A stretch of 64,000 nucleotides of DNA from Eledone cirrhosa (Eukaryota). The translations under genes and the position numbers were made by a program. Shown piece by piece: positions 42,498 to 56,795 of the stretch. The stretch spans positions 144,956,001 to 145,020,000 of the forward strand of contig OZ024742.1 in the NCBI GenBank assembly GCA_964016885.1, written 5' to 3'. Positions within the stretch are counted from its first letter, which is position 1. Every line of letters begins with the position of its first letter. Under the pieces are notes generated by a model that worked only from the letters and a program-made list of their open reading frames with translations, did not search any database and was not told where the DNA came from.

Positions 42498-45111
42498 TAT
42501 ACATATATATGCATATATATGTGTATATATATATTATATATACATATGTATATTATATACACAGGGTTTCCCAAAAAATGTATACACATATTTATTAGAA
42601 TGGTGTTGAATCTTGGGGGGGGGGGGGGCATCTGCGTGTATATATATATGTATATGTGTGTATGTCTTTCTGGGTGTATAGGAGGGATATGTTATGGAAA
42701 TTATCTCACTGTTAACATTTCGTTATTAGCCGTTTTATATTGTTCGTGTGTCTACTAAATGCGATTTGGATGTACACGGACAAAGTATTCTTGTATACAT
42801 TCATGTAAACGATGTCTGCCTGCAATCCTCATATTATTGTCACCGTCATGCATTTAATTTGTTCTTGTTTTTGTCGAGTGTTACATTACGTATTACCCAA
42901 AAGACTTATATGTTAACTAGATATTCATTTTTTTTTTTTCGTGTGCGGGAGAAGAGCGAGAATAGAAGTAAGAAGTTTATATTTTTCAACTAACTCAAAA
43001 TGTTATGGTTTTACAATTAGATTTGAATTTATCTAATATTCCGTATTTTTTTTTACATTCCTATCTATAAACAGCATTTCTGTGCTTCATTAGTATAGAG
43101 TAACTGATAGTCAACTCATTATTTATTTATAAGTTGTGTATTCATGTTATTTCAAGCTATCGTCTTCATTTTAAACTTGGTAGGGATGAACAGAATAAGA
43201 ATGAAAGACACACGAAAAAACCATACGTGTTTCTTGGGGGGGGGGGGCGAGAAAGATAGATATAGTGTTGAAAGTATTCGATTTAAGTTTGTTCATCTGC
43301 TAAGGCCAGGGCAGATCGTTGAATTTTAAATTTAACTAATATGGAAATACAGATTTTTCTCAGATTAACCACCTATTGAATACTCATTTAAACTTGGTCT
43401 TTCTAGATCTCATGGAATTAAGAAAACCGCATATGTACAGAGAGTGTGGTGAATTAAACAGACAAACAATCTCTGTGTGTGTGTCTGGTTGTGTGTCTGT
43501 GTGTGTGTGAAGGACACCTGTGCATAATTTATAATGTTACTGAATCAATAACAGTTTAACTCTTTACCGAGAAATTCTTACTTCAAGTCCAATAGTATGT
43601 ATATGCTATTGCTTCCACCACAGTGTTTGAAAATTCCTTCACTTCTAGCTTAACTCTGCATAGTCGGCAGCCTTGTCAGAATTTAAACACATTTTTGTAA
43701 ACTTAGTTTGCACGTTTTACTCAGAGTGCCATCGTTTCTAAATCTTTCACACGTTTTATTCTCATGCGTTTTCCCGACGTATGTTAGGGGAAAATCATAT
43801 ACATAGGTAGGGGAATTTCAGAGTATAGCAACACTTCTTACGAGAAAATATTAGATTAAGTGTTCAGTACAGGGCTTGAAATGTGATGCCTTGGCAGGAA
43901 TGACAGGAAGTAAATGAGACAGATGAGTGGGCAGGGAAGATATAGCAAGGTAGAGGATTATCTTTCTGCAGTGGTTTCGAAGCACATAGTTAAGAGTTAA
44001 ATATTTTGGTTTGAGCTCAGAATTTTCTGTTTGGTTTCTTGTATTCTATTTACACTAACATAGTATGTACTACACCATACTTCTGATTTAGCTATAAAAC
44101 ATTTTATATCTTAGAACAATGTATTTATAGCATATATAATGTTGACTAAAATGAATTTCATTGACCACTTCTTAAAGTATTTGATAAATTTAGGATTTTA
44201 GTACAATTCAGTTTATGACCTAGCTTCGCGTTAATAATGTTATATGTTCCCATAGCTTCTATTATGTAATTGTATTCTTATCTACTTAGATTATGTACAT
44301 TATATTATACATTTATATTCTATGAAGTTGTTATTTTACCAACTCACCACGGAGTTATTTACACCTTTCACTGCTGAAAAGCAATATGCACATTATATTT
44401 TGCATTTATTACTATATGGTAGTCCTAATTACCACCTCACTACAATGACATTTACCTCTTTTACTTCTGAAATGCATACATACATTATGAAATTATTACA
44501 CTTATGTTATGTAGTTATTACACTCAACACATTAACAATAACATATTTGCCTCATTCACAATTGAGAAGTGCTAAAGTAATGCTCACCTAGTGAAACAGC
44601 TCTCTAATAGCTAAACATTGTTCCATGAAGCCAACCAAGATCTGGCAAAATGGAAAATTCATAAACAAAACAGCAGATACTTGCTATAGATATTAAGTTT
44701 TATGTACAAATCAATATAACCTCTTTCGTTTTACCGAAGCAATCAACAACGGGATACATTGTTCAGTACTGTCGATGAATTAACACCATAATCAGACTCT
44801 GTACTAAAAGTGTTTGAGTTTAACGATGGTCTCACTGCCTCCCAGTGATGCTACTAGAATGGCATCAAATAGAATACAAACTGCACAAGGATTGAGTCTG
44901 CTGTTGATTAGCACCCTCTCGCCTGCTGTCTCTCTATCTCAATGCCAAACAGCGGCACGGGACATAATTTGGTGTCATTTTCATTAACTGATACCCTGTT
45001 TAATGATGAGTGAACACGCATCGAACTCATCTTGCCTTGGCCTCGTGAGTATCGACCACGCAAATCATGCTGTGAAAACACTCTCAATCAGTTTGGATTA
45101 CATTCACTCTG

Positions 45112-45243
45112 TTGTCGCCACAATACGGTTGAATTATAACATTAAGGGGAGCCTTGTCGCAGTCAGTTTGCTGTCACTGTCGCCACAATACGGTTGAATT
45201 ATAACATTAAGGGGAGCCTTGTCGCAGTCAGTTTGCTGTCACA
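45112..45243. repeat. ~66-bp tandem duplication
   Basis: TGTCGCCACAATACGGTTGAATTATAAC...GTTTGCTGTCAC occurs twice. Confidence 0.85.
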
Positions 45244-45552
45244 GTAAGATTCTCTCAGATTCAATCGCGGTCGACGGTAAGCACTGAATGGGGATAGTAC
45301 TTTTCTGGTTTGATATGGCTAAGTCACTCGTCTGGGGCGCCGAATGTTGTGACACATTCTTCGGGCACAATCTTGGGTGGTGGAATGGCTGATGCAGTGG
45401 ATGTCACAGGCTATTTCCCGCTTACCTGAAATATACTAACCAGCGAAGGGTATAGAGTTTTCCCTTTCCCATTCGCCTCTTTGTATTCTTTATTCTTTTT
45501 TTCTTCAGCTTTTCTTCGTTATATATGTCTGTGTGCGTGTATGCGTGTGTAA

Positions 45553-45674
<122 letters not shown>

Positions 45675-47931
45675 GTCATTAAAAGGTCTGTCTGCATAAC
45701 TTTAATATTTATAATTACATTTTCACAATATATGTAATTAGATTGTTTAGTATATTTAATATAATTTTCTTCAATGTGTCCTTATTAGATTATACTTTAT
45801 TTGATGTGGCTTTCAAGTACTAAAAAATACAGCTCCCTGTTCCTCTTGTGTTTGCTGTACTGATTAGTCACTGAGAGAGCCTTAACATAGCCCTACTACC
45901 TAAATCACACCCTACTTTTTTTTAGAAATACACGTTGGATGTTATGATTCTGGGTCTCCAGCATTTGGGAAAAAAACAGAGTGGTCATGGCTGGAATGCT
46001 TGACTGAAATGAAGTCAAACAACATGCTGCATTGATAATATAGTGATATTGTAACTACTATACTGGCACCATATTGTGGAATGGACACGCGTCTCTTTCG
46101 GCGATGAGCGTTATAGTTGTTCGATCCACAGTTTGCTCAAGAAAACGTGTAAGTGGCTGAGCATTCCTCAGACACGTGTATTCTTAGCATAATTTCGTAG
46201 AAGATTCAGCGTAACAAGACTGGCCCTTTGAATTGTAGGTGCAGTCCATCCGACGACCTCCTTCCAGTTTCATTCAGATGACATAAGGCGACCAGAGGCT
46301 CTGGTAAATGACACTTACCCAAAATACTACGCAGTGTGATCGAACATGGGACCTGGTGATTGTGAAGCGAACTCTTTAACCATTCAGCTATGCTATGTCC
46401 ACCGCCACATTGTATTGGCACTGCAGTGACACGCACTGATATTTCAATAATACTGTATAGAAACTTAAATGATAGCATTGACATTGTTCTGGCATGTAGA
46501 CCTTGTACTTACTCTGTTAACACGATGTATTGGTGACAAGTTGGGAGAGACCTTAGAACATTAGACACTGCTGGATTTAGGACAGATCAGACTCGGTGCT
46601 AGTTAAGGTATGAGACTCCTTACTTGAGTCCTGAAGGAGGTAATTCATCGTAAAAAGATTTTTTGGCAGGAGGATGGGGCCCACTGGCCAATGGGGTCCC
46701 GTGTTTAAGCACACCTAAGCACAATGGTAAATCCGGCACTGACTGGACAAAATAACCTGTGGTATTTGTTCCAGTTATTTGCGCTCTGAGTTCAAACTGC
46801 GCCAAGGAGATATTCCCTTTCATCCTTTCGAAATCAATAAACTAATGGACTAATTCAGGGCAATGGAGCATTGAACGAGATGCCTTGCTCTATTTGTTCC
46901 GGCTCTTTGCGTTCTGAGGTCAAACCCCACTGTGACCTACCTACTTGGAGTAGACAATCTGACGCATGCTTCCTTATTGGATGTCTTTCGTGGAATCCAA
47001 TGTTACAAGTATTTGAACCACATGTCCAGTATGGGTATACCATTCTCCTTTTTATTCACCTTCTCGTAAGCCGTTAAAGAAGTGTCGTGTGTGTAACATG
47101 AACGCCGCAACTCCCACCAAAGATGGTGATTTTTCTTTCTAATGATAATGTTCTTGCTGTATTATGATATAATCTGGTCGTAAATGTCTTTGTGTATCTC
47201 ACAATACACATTCTGAAACAAATAATTAAGTTAGGTTAAAGTCTATGTATAGAAATAGCGTAAAATGTGTATGCTTATTTTTTTTAGTACATTAATACAT
47301 TTTGGTACAATAATAGATTTAGCAAAGTAACACTTACGCACACACATACACACACTGTGGCTGCAACCACCGCACACCAATTGGACATTAAACTGATACT
47401 GTATTGACGTTGCTAGATATGGTACGTGGCTTAGTGGTTAGAGTGTTTGGATCATGATCGTAAGATTGTGAATTCGATTCCCGGTGGTGCGTTATGTCTT
47501 AAGCAAATCACTTTATTTCATTTTCTGTTCCTGTCCACTTAGATGGTCAAAATGAGTTGTACTTGCAATTCTGAAGACTAGCCACTATCCCACACTGAAT
47601 CTCACAGAGAACTACATTAAAAGTACACGTGTCCTTGAAATACCCATTAATTTCATGAGCAGGCTCTTCCGTTGATCAAATAACTGGTACACTTGTCGTT
47701 GGAATCGACGGAGTCCAAGCCCGAACACACCACTATATCAACTTTGTAGACACTATACCTAAAGTGTAGATCCTATAAAGATACTATATCGGTATTATAC
47801 TGACTCAATATATGAGCCAAGGAAGAAATTGTTATGTGGTCACTCAAACGACTAGAAATAGCAGCCAAATCTCTACGCAATATCTAACTGGATTAACCCA
47901 CGTCCTCCTTCTTTCCTAGGGAGATATATTC

Positions 47932-48106
47932 TTGGCAGTATCGGTAGAGGGTCGGACGCCATGCTTTCCAGCATAGTTACGTCCCTTTACGATCTGAGTT
48001 CAAATCCCGCCGAGGTTGACTTTGCCTTTCATCCTTACGGGGTCGATAAAATAAAGTACCAGTAATGCACTGGATAATTGCTGGCCTTGTGCCTAAAGTA
48101 GAAACA

Positions 48107-48139
<33 letters not shown>
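47932..48139 (+). mobile_element. SINE family A with a (TTA)n tail
   Basis: Family A sequence followed by (TTA)n. Confidence 0.9.
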
Positions 48140-48354
48140 GGCGACCTACATAGTAAATCGTATTATCGTGAGCTCCGCAAGGGTTTGTTATTTTCAGTTG
48201 TTTAAAATTGCCATTTATGAAAAATGTTTATTTTTAACTGTATATAAGTGCACATACATTGTTTTCTGAAAAGGACACTCAAAAAGGTTGGGGCCTTGAG
48301 CCCAAAATTTAAACTTTTATAATTATCAAACAAAAAGAATTTCTTTGAAAAATC

Positions 48355-50000
48355 ATGGCCGACACACAGCTGAACCCAGTAGCTGAGAGCCTTCCTCACA
48401 AATTAACACCTCACACCGACACCACCATTGTAAATATCACTACGTTTGCCAACACTAAAAGCAGTAGCAATATTTTTAATTTGTCTCAGGCAGACATTCA
48501 TTTCCCGCCATTACCAATGACTGCAGGTGTTAAAGCCGCTACCCCCACCACCCCCAACACCACAGCGACAACAGAAACAAAAGAAAAAAATAAATTAACT
48601 CGTGATATCGAAATGAATTCAACCAAAATGAACTCGTCCACACCGAACACCACTGACGCCACCACCACCACAACTGAAACTAAAATTAACAATAACAAAA
48701 ATAACGATAACAACAACAGCAACAATGAAATTAAGAAAACCACCCTGAGTTTTGCCAGAGTAGCAAAAAAGTGCGAAGCATTCCAGGTTACTCAGGAGGA
48801 ATTAGAAGAAGCCAAAAAAATGGTAAAGAAAGATGGGTACAGGGTCAGCCCCCCCACACACACACACACACACACACACACCTAATAAAATGGACCATCG
48901 GCGCCTATGCACCATGTCTTACCGGACCATTAACATAAAGTCGCGCCGAGTGGAACGGGCATCCGAGTCCCAAATCCAAAAAGCTTTGGGACATGTGTGG
49001 GCAGAAAAAACCCACATCAGACGTGGGCAGAAATATGGAACCGTGGGCGTATTCTTTGAAACACCACAGGAGGCCAGAGAACACTCCATGGCTCCATCAA
49101 GAAGTGACGACTTCACACTCGTCCCAAGCTATTGTGGCGAGAGACTCGTGAAGATCAGGGTGGCCCACGTTCCACCGGCCATCGAAAATCCCTGGCTAAT
49201 AGCTGCCGTCCTCGCTGGCATCGAAGCCAATACCAAGATAATCGAAATAGCGAAAGAAAAGCAGGAGAACTGGTCCGGATCTGGGATGGAGCTCCTGATC
49301 CAAGCGGACCAAAAAAGCATTGAGGAGATCCCAGAGGTAATAGACCTCACTGACGGCAGCCACCTCACCGTAATCGTCGAGGGCAGAAGGTCTAGGTGTG
49401 TCGTTTGTGGTAAAGGAACCCACCTAAGGGCTTTTTGCCCTCAGGCTAAAAGGTTGAGGCCACCTCTCTTACCCACCCCAGTGACTCAAACATCAACACC
49501 ACCAGCAGCAGAAATAGCAGCAACAAATTTAGCAGCAACAACATAAGCAACTGTAACAGCAACAACCCCAGCAACAGTAGCAAAACCAACACCACCACCA
49601 CCCAACACGCCAGAACTAGCACCAGCGCCTACACCATCCACCACGCCACAACCAAAACCAACGCCTGTGGAGGATTTTCCACTCCCCGACCTATCGCAAC
49701 TAGAGACAGATTGTGACGACGAGGAGTGGGAAACGGTATCAGAAAAATATAAAAAAGTAAAAGAAACCAAAAAAGAAAAAATCCTCTTCCTTCCCCCTCC
49801 AAAAACAAAATACAGAGGGAAACAAATAAATTATCAAACAAAAAAGTTAGGACAGATATGCCACCATCCACACCAGCATCACCAACCCCATCACCACAAA
49901 CACCAACACCATCACCATCATTAACCCCAACACCACAAAAGTCACCAAAAAGCGTAACAGAAACAAACCCACAACAAACGGAAACAAAACAAAACAACCA
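48355..50000 (+). pseudogene. LINE ORF1 (gag-like, CCHC knuckle, Pro/Thr-rich tail), interrupted; 3' boundary approximate
   Basis: CVVCGKGTHLRAFC preceded by VIVEGRR; frameshift at a (CA)n expansion near 48856-48881; later stops. Confidence 0.7.
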
Positions 50001-50040
50001 AAACGATACACACTACACAGCATTAAATTTGAACAACAAC

Positions 50041-50200
50041 GGTGGATTGGCAGTATCGGTAGAGAATCGGACGTCCCTTTATGATCTGAGTTCAAATCCC
50101 GCCGAGGTTAACTTTGCCTTTCATCCTTACGGGGTCGATAAAATAAAGTACCAGTAATGTACTGGGTAATTGCTGGCCTTGTGCCAAAATTAGAAACAAT
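50041..50200 (+). mobile_element. SINE family A (internally deleted) inserted in the LINE
   Basis: TSD ATTAAATTTGAACAACAA at 50022-50039 and 50199-50216. Confidence 0.85.
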
Positions 50201-50518
50201 TAAATTTGAACAACAAACAATTATTACACTACGTGCAACACAACACCAGCATCACAGAAAAAGACTACACAACAACCTAAAAGTTCACACCACCTCCACA
50301 CATACAAATCACTCGCATCACACAGAAAACGTACTCGACACTAAAACAAAAATTCCCCAAAGACATCGGAGACTTCTGACAAGCACTCTCCAGGAGGATT
50401 TATAAGGACATCCTTCCGGAGGAGGCCACAAGCAGTGAAAAGGATGGACAAACCATCCTTCCTCTTCTACGAGAAGTAAGGTAAGTGCTCTTTCCCATCT
50501 TTTCCACTCCATTTCAAC

Positions 50519-53500
50519 ATGACCTCACTCAGAATAGGCAGCATAAATGCGTGTGGCTTAGGGTCGTCATGGAAGCAGGGCCACCTGCTCAACGACCTCA
50601 GGTCACTAAACATAGATGTAGTGGCCATCAGCGAGACCAGAATCTCCGAAGCACGGGCCTTCGCACCGATCTTCGGCGGCTACGATGTGTACACATCTCC
50701 CAGCCGTCCGGGATCGGGGGGAGGGGTTGCTGTGCTTTTTCGGAGAGGTTTGGATCTCGCCATACGGGCCATCTTCCTGGACCCAGAAGGTAAGTTGGTG
50801 GTACTAGACGTGACCAGCGGAGACGGGCAAGCTTTCAGGCTAGTGGCCGTCTATGCCCCGACAGGAGCAGGGCGGCCTGATTTCTTCCGGCGTCTGGAGA
50901 CCTTTCTTGGAACGTCCCGCTTTTTAGTGTTAGTGGGCGACTGGAACGGGATCTTAGATGCACGCTGGGACTGTGTGGGATTAGCGGATAGGGGAGGAGG
51001 GTGCAAGAGCCTCACCAACCTGCTCAGGCGTTTTGAACTGTCTGACAGGTACCGATTGGATTTCCCGAATGTGCCAATGTGGACTTGGACAAATCGCATA
51101 GGGTCATCTAGATAGAGTATTTTGTAGAGAAATAGATAGGTCTAGCATAGGCTGTCCATAATTCAAGATAGTCAGCTACACGGACCACAAATTCGTGATC
51201 TGTGTGCTTGACTTAGATAGGCTTCATAGACAAAGACCCGGCTACTGGAAGCTAAACGCGTCCTTACCAGCGCGCAAGGCCTACAGAGACCGGATTAGCG
51301 AACTAGTTAAGCGGGCGTTGACGGGGGCCATCGTCAACAACAAGTGGTGGTTTGCTCTGAAAAGAGCAATTAGAATAGAATCGATTAGGTTTAGTAAGGC
51401 TTTAGCAATAAAGAAAAATAGAGCAGAGGGAGAACTAGTTAGAAAATTAGACGAGGCGCTTAGCAAAGGCATTGCGACCGACGTGCTTGCGGCGAAATTG
51501 GCCCTTGACCAATTCTTCAATGCAAAGCACGAAGGCTGCGTTGTCAGAGCAAGGGTGCGTGCTCTCAGACACGAGGGGACGAAAGCCGTTCAATGGGCCC
51601 GAGTGGCGGAGGCGCGTCGTGGCAACAAAGCCACGATCCGGTCTTTGGTGGACCACGACGGGCGCATGCTACTCGATCCCGGGAAAATGTGTGAAGCTTT
51701 TCAGCGACACTTCGCTCAGCTGTTCGGGGGCAGCGGTGGGCCGGGTAGAGGGATGGACTTTAGTGTCTACCTCGACGGACTGCCGCGGCTCTCGGCCACT
51801 GAGGCGAAGTGTTGCGAAAAGCCGATAACAGCCGCTGAAGTAAGGGAGGCAATGACTGGCTGCATAAGGGGTAAATCGCCTGGTTTGGATGGTCTGCCCT
51901 ATGAACTTTACGTACAGATGCCAGACTTTTTCGGAGGCCTCTTGGCGGACGTCTACTGCAACTGACAACAGAACGGGAGAATTCCCAGTTCTGTGAGCCG
52001 AGGAGCGGTGGCACTGCTGAGAAAGGATCCGAACAAGGGGGATAACATAGACAATTTCCGGCCCATAACTCTGCTAAACACAGAGTTCAAGATTTTGGCC
52101 AAGGTGCTAGCAAAGAGGTTGGCGCTTGTCGTTGGTGGTCTGGTGGGAGAGGCGCAGACATGCGCCATTCCCGACAGATCCATCCACGACAACCTCCACC
52201 TCATGCGATACATCATAGAGAGGGTAGCTAAGGAACCTGGCACGGGTGGGTCCTTGATCAATTTAGATCAGTCGAAAGCTTTCGATAGGGTCGACCATCG
52301 TTACCTAGCGGCAGTCCTGAGGGCGGCTGGCTTTGGGCCCGTCTTCAGAGGCTGGATCGCTGCCATGCACAGCGACATCTGCTCTGTGGTGAGAGTGAAC
52401 GGTCACCTGTCGGAACCGTTCAACATCATGCGCTCGGTCCGCCAAGGATTTCCCCTCTCGTCCCTCTTGTACGTATTGACTCTCGAGCCATTACTGCACA
52501 AACTGGAGACGTTGAGGGGAGTCCCGCGCGAACTAGGATGCGGAAGATCCGTGTCAGCATATGCGGACGATGTCACCGTAGTGGTGTCGAACGCCAAACA
52601 CATCGAGGCGATCGGCACTACACTAAGAGAATATGAAGCGGTGACAGGAGCAATGATCAACCAGGAAAAGTCAGTGGGCCTGCAGCTCGGCACCTGGAGA
52701 GGCAGGTCCATGCCGTCCAACAGCGTCGTCGGACGCTGGACGGACGGACCGGTTAAATTGCTAGGGGTCTGGTTCGGTCCGGACCTCCAGACGGACAAAA
52801 ACTGGGACGAGGTGACGAGCAGGGTGGCTTCTCTCACCCAGAAATGGGCGGAGAGGAAGCTATCCCTGAAAGGTCGAGCGGAGGTGGCTAACGCGTACAT
52901 CGCGTCTGTCATCTGCTACCGCCTGACTGTCGTACCTTGTCCTAAGCCTCGCCTGACTGCGCTGGAGCGTTTGCTCTTTCGCTTTTTGTGGAAGGGACGC
53001 GCTCCGATGGTCAGGCGGTCCATCTGCTGTCAACACCCGCTACGTGGAGGGCTGGGCATGCCGTGGCTGATGATGCGCAGGCACGCGCTCGGGCTACGAC
53101 ATCTCCACCTCTTCCTCGACGGTGATCAGGTGTGGTCGCCGTTTGCTAGACGCGTGTTTCCCCAGCTCGTTTCCTTGACGGAGTTGCAGTCCTGGGTCAA
53201 GCGAAGACCGAGAGGGAGCGCCTGGAGACTGGAATGTCTTCAGGCGCTCACAGCCCTCGACCAATCGGGCAATGTGATCGGTGGAAACTCCACCTCGGCG
53301 TTCTATAGAGGATTAGTGGAGGGGAAGAGCGACGACGTACTTGGGGAAACTCTAGGCGTCGACGAAAATCAACTAGCAATCTCTTCGGAAGAACTTTCGG
53401 GCCGGGGCCTATGAACAACTTCCAGAAATCTCTGGCCTGGCAGTGCTACCGAGGAGCCTTGCCAGTTCGGGATAAACTCTACAGGCATGGAGGTGTCGTC

Positions 53501-53926
53501 AGCCGGGCATGTCCGAGATGCGCGCAGGGCGACGAAACCGTCCTGCACGCACTCGTCCAGTGTCCGAAAATTGCTGACTTGTGGGTTTATGTCGAACACC
53601 TGCTGTCGCGTTTAGGACGGATCCGGCTATCATCTGAGTCCATCGTGAGGATTGCCCCGCCCTCTTCCTTTAGCCGGGAAGGGCAGGCAGTTTTTATCTG
53701 TCTGGTGGCCATGGCGAAAGAGATAGTATGGTGGACACGTTTGAAAGGGCTGAAGACGAGCACTTACCTCTTCGGTGATGCTCTGATTGACTTTTTCAAA
53801 TTTCATTTGAAAAGGAAAATCAGAGTAGAGAGGGAAGTGCTCTCTTCCCAGCATTTTGTTGAAAGATGGGTGAGAGAAGCAAGAATGGCCCGAGTGAATG
53901 GGCCTACTCTGAGTATATATCTGTAA
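50519..53926 (+). pseudogene. LINE ORF2: APE endonuclease, RT and C-terminal Zn finger; frameshifts near 51110 and 53385, in-frame TGA at 51963
   Basis: SINACGL, ISET, VYAP, GDWN, DHK, YWKLN, KSPGLDG, RPITLLN, KAFDRVDH, RQG.PLS, YADD, CPRC...ETVLHAL..C. Confidence 0.93.
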
Positions 53927-54187
53927 ATTAAAAGTGGAAAACTGGGAGAGGGCACTTGCCTTGGTGGTCAGGGTCATTGTGGCTTTTTACTGGGCTTTCT
54001 CCACAAATGTCCCTCCGAAGTCTCCCCCCTATTGGGGAATTTTTCATTGTTATTTTCATTGTTATTTTTGTTACATCCTCTGTTTTTGTTTTTTTTACAC
54101 GCAGAAATGCCCATTTGTACCGTCCTGCATTGTCCTGCACTGTCCTTAATGTCTACTTTATGTAAACCCTTGTGGTTAATAAAGAAA

Positions 54188-54237
<50 letters not shown>

Positions 54238-54599
54238 GCAAGTTTAAATAAGTTATAAACAATTTTGTAGGGATATTAAAAAAGGAAAGAAAAAAAGAAA
54301 AAATAGCTTCACAAAATGTTCACCACCAAGGACTTCGTTGAGGAATGAGAAAGAGCTGTAGAGGAAGAATCGACCTCTAATACTTTTTTTATCGACCTCG
54401 ATAAGATGAAAGGTAAAGTTGACCTCGGGGGGGGGGGGCAGAGCAGAGAGCCGAGGAGACTACTGTGAAGCATTCTACCGACGTTCTAACGACACTGCCA
54501 AATTCGCCGCCTTGGGATCAGTGGTAAACTGCTTCAAACGAAAAAGATATAAAAAGAAATAAAAATATTCGTTATTAACAAGTAACCACCAGTTTAAGG

Positions 54600-54935
54600 C
54601 AATCGTTGACCCCTTCGGTCACGGACGACCATGGGATTTGCACCTAGAATGTTTCCCTCCGAGACACAAATCCGGGCAAGGTTGTTTGTGGAAGACCAGC
54701 AGTCGCCCATGCATACCAGCCTCCCCTCTCCACGTCACCAATGTTGTCCAAGGGAAAGGCAATGACCGATACAGTTTGGCACCAGTGACATCGCAACTCA
54801 TTTCTACAGCTGAGTAAACTGGAGCAAAGTGAAATAATGTGTCTTGCTCAAGCACACAAGACATCACCGGGTCGGAGAATCGAACTCACAGCCTGTCGAT
54901 TGCAGGCCCAATTCTTTAACCACTAAGCCATGTTT
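54600..54935 (-). mobile_element. SINE family B, long copy with an extended 3' region
   Basis: ATGGCTTAGTGGTTA...GTTCGATTC head; TGTGCTTGAGCAAGACAC central domain. Confidence 0.7.
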
Positions 54936-55799
54936 AAGGCAACAGTGTGTACATTACTCTGTGTTGACAGATAGTGACTGTGATTAACACTACGTTTTCA
55001 TATAAACCGATCGGAAATGGCCCTCGAATTAACCAACCCATTTGTTTATCCGTATGGATTTCGATTTGCGATGGGTTATTTTTTTGTTGGGTTGGGATAA
55101 GGCACATTGATGTAATATTTTCTAAATTTGTCATTTTTTGAAGTTATTAAAGTAGCACATTGGTAACACAATCAATTAAAGAAATATTTTATATTCATAT
55201 ATAAAGTAAATAACGGCTTTCTTATATTTTTTAGACATAGAGACATACTGTACAGACGCCTAGTAATTCTGAGAGGAAAAAGATAAACACTTTAAAACTA
55301 TATTTACACAATTATTAAAACTAATATTAAGGCTATGGGGTTTTCGTCTAGAAAGACATAGTAGCTAAATATACTAAAAACAGTAACTACAAAACATAAA
55401 AACACTTAATGGCTTGTGAAACACATGCCATTCTTGCCACCTTTAAGAAATTATCAACAAAATGTCGAAAATAGCACTTTTAAATAATCCTCAAACCTTA
55501 AAAAATGACAGGTATTCAAAGCATTCAAAAGCAATTATCGAGCATCGTTGAACAATTTTCTTTAAGATTTACTAAGAATAGACCATTTGAAGAAGCTTCA
55601 AAAGTTATTAAGTATGTCGATTGAATCTGGATAACTTTGAGATGCAACTGACTGTTTTACAAAGCTGCTTAATTTTAAAATAAAAATTTATAAACTTTGG
55701 AGCTGATTTAGAAAATATTGAAAGAGATCGTTTGGTGGCATGAGTTGTACAAAAAAAAAAAAACCTCCAAAAAAATGAAGTTCCGAAAATTTGAAATCC

Positions 55800-56200
55800 A
55801 ATTACTGAAACCTTTCCTGCATTTGTTGAAAGGGAATATTTAAACGGAGAGTAAATTCATTCCTGCACATATTGCAATGTGACTATTTAAGGCGATTTGT
55901 CTGAGGGTTTCATCATAGATTTTTTGGCATTTTTTGCGTAATGACAATAGTGTCTGTCCTTGCAATTTTGCAGACATCCACAGCATGTTATTACATAGGT
56001 TAGATTTCCAAAGGTGCAGGTGAAAGTTTCTTTTACTTTGTAAGTGTGTACATCTTTAATTTGAATTCTGGTCCTTTAATTAAGTATAAGTAGGTACCAT
56101 AGTTTGATCTTCTGTATTTTGTAACAGTGTGGCAGGGGATTTATTTATGAATTTTTCTCCAGTATTTTGAGCTGTCTTTTGCTTTTGACAATTTGTTGTT
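55800..56200 (-). pseudogene. Decayed Penelope-like GIY-YIG endonuclease fragment
   Basis: VKETFTC...NL.YVITCCGC...GQT...H pattern with stops and frameshifts. Confidence 0.5.
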
Positions 56201-56214
56201 TTTCATTCGTATAA

Positions 56215-56795
56215 AATGGAAAGCAGGTGAAGTTCAAGTATTTCAGAATGATGGAAGGCAGGAGGCTGAATTAAGTGCAAGAACTGCAGGAGCAGGTGCA
56301 GTAACGCGCCCGCTTCAGCATTCGGTAATCAGAAGAAGGGATGTATGTGTAAATGCCAAACTCGCTACCTTCAATTCGGTATTCGTGCCAACCCTTACCT
56401 ATGGTCATGAATCTTTGGTAATGACAGAAAGAATAAGACCAGGAATGCAAACGGCCAAAATGAGATTCCTCCAAAGAGTCATTCAAGTAACGTTACTCAG
56501 TAGAGTGCGTAACTCGGAGATCAGAAAGTCGCTCCAGATAGAGCCGCTACTTCTCCGAATTGAGAGATCGCAGCTCCGATACTACAGACATGCGGTTAGA
56601 ATGTTTCAGGAAAGAATCGGTGGAGACCCAGAGGTAGACCCCAAGCAAGATGGTTGAATAATATCCATGAGCTCGGGGGATATCGCTTGGGGATCCAGCC
56701 GGATCAACTGATGGCGGTTGCTTCTGAGAGGACCCGGTGGAAGGAGTACTTGAGGACTCAGCCCCCTCACAACCCTCCCAAGAAGAAGAAGAAAC
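56215..56795 (+). pseudogene. RTE (Expander/Rex3-like) LINE 3' fragment with a (GAA)n tail
   Basis: PTLTYGHE...MRFLQRV...VRNSEIR...LRIERSQLR. Confidence 0.8.

Larger units (their letters stand above)
48140..54190 (+). mobile_element. Full-length Tx1/L1-clade LINE inserted in (TTA)n
   Basis: Two-ORF structure; (TTA)n on both sides; 3' AATAAAGAAATC. Confidence 0.9.

Noticed and set aside
47851-47866. CTAGAAATAGCA resembles the Cas9 sgRNA scaffold
   Set aside because: Short coincidental match; the rest of the scaffold is absent and the motif recurs in native repeats.
55400-55740. Possible hAT/Charlie transposase remnant
   Set aside because: Only a vague resemblance across many stops; too decayed to call by eye.
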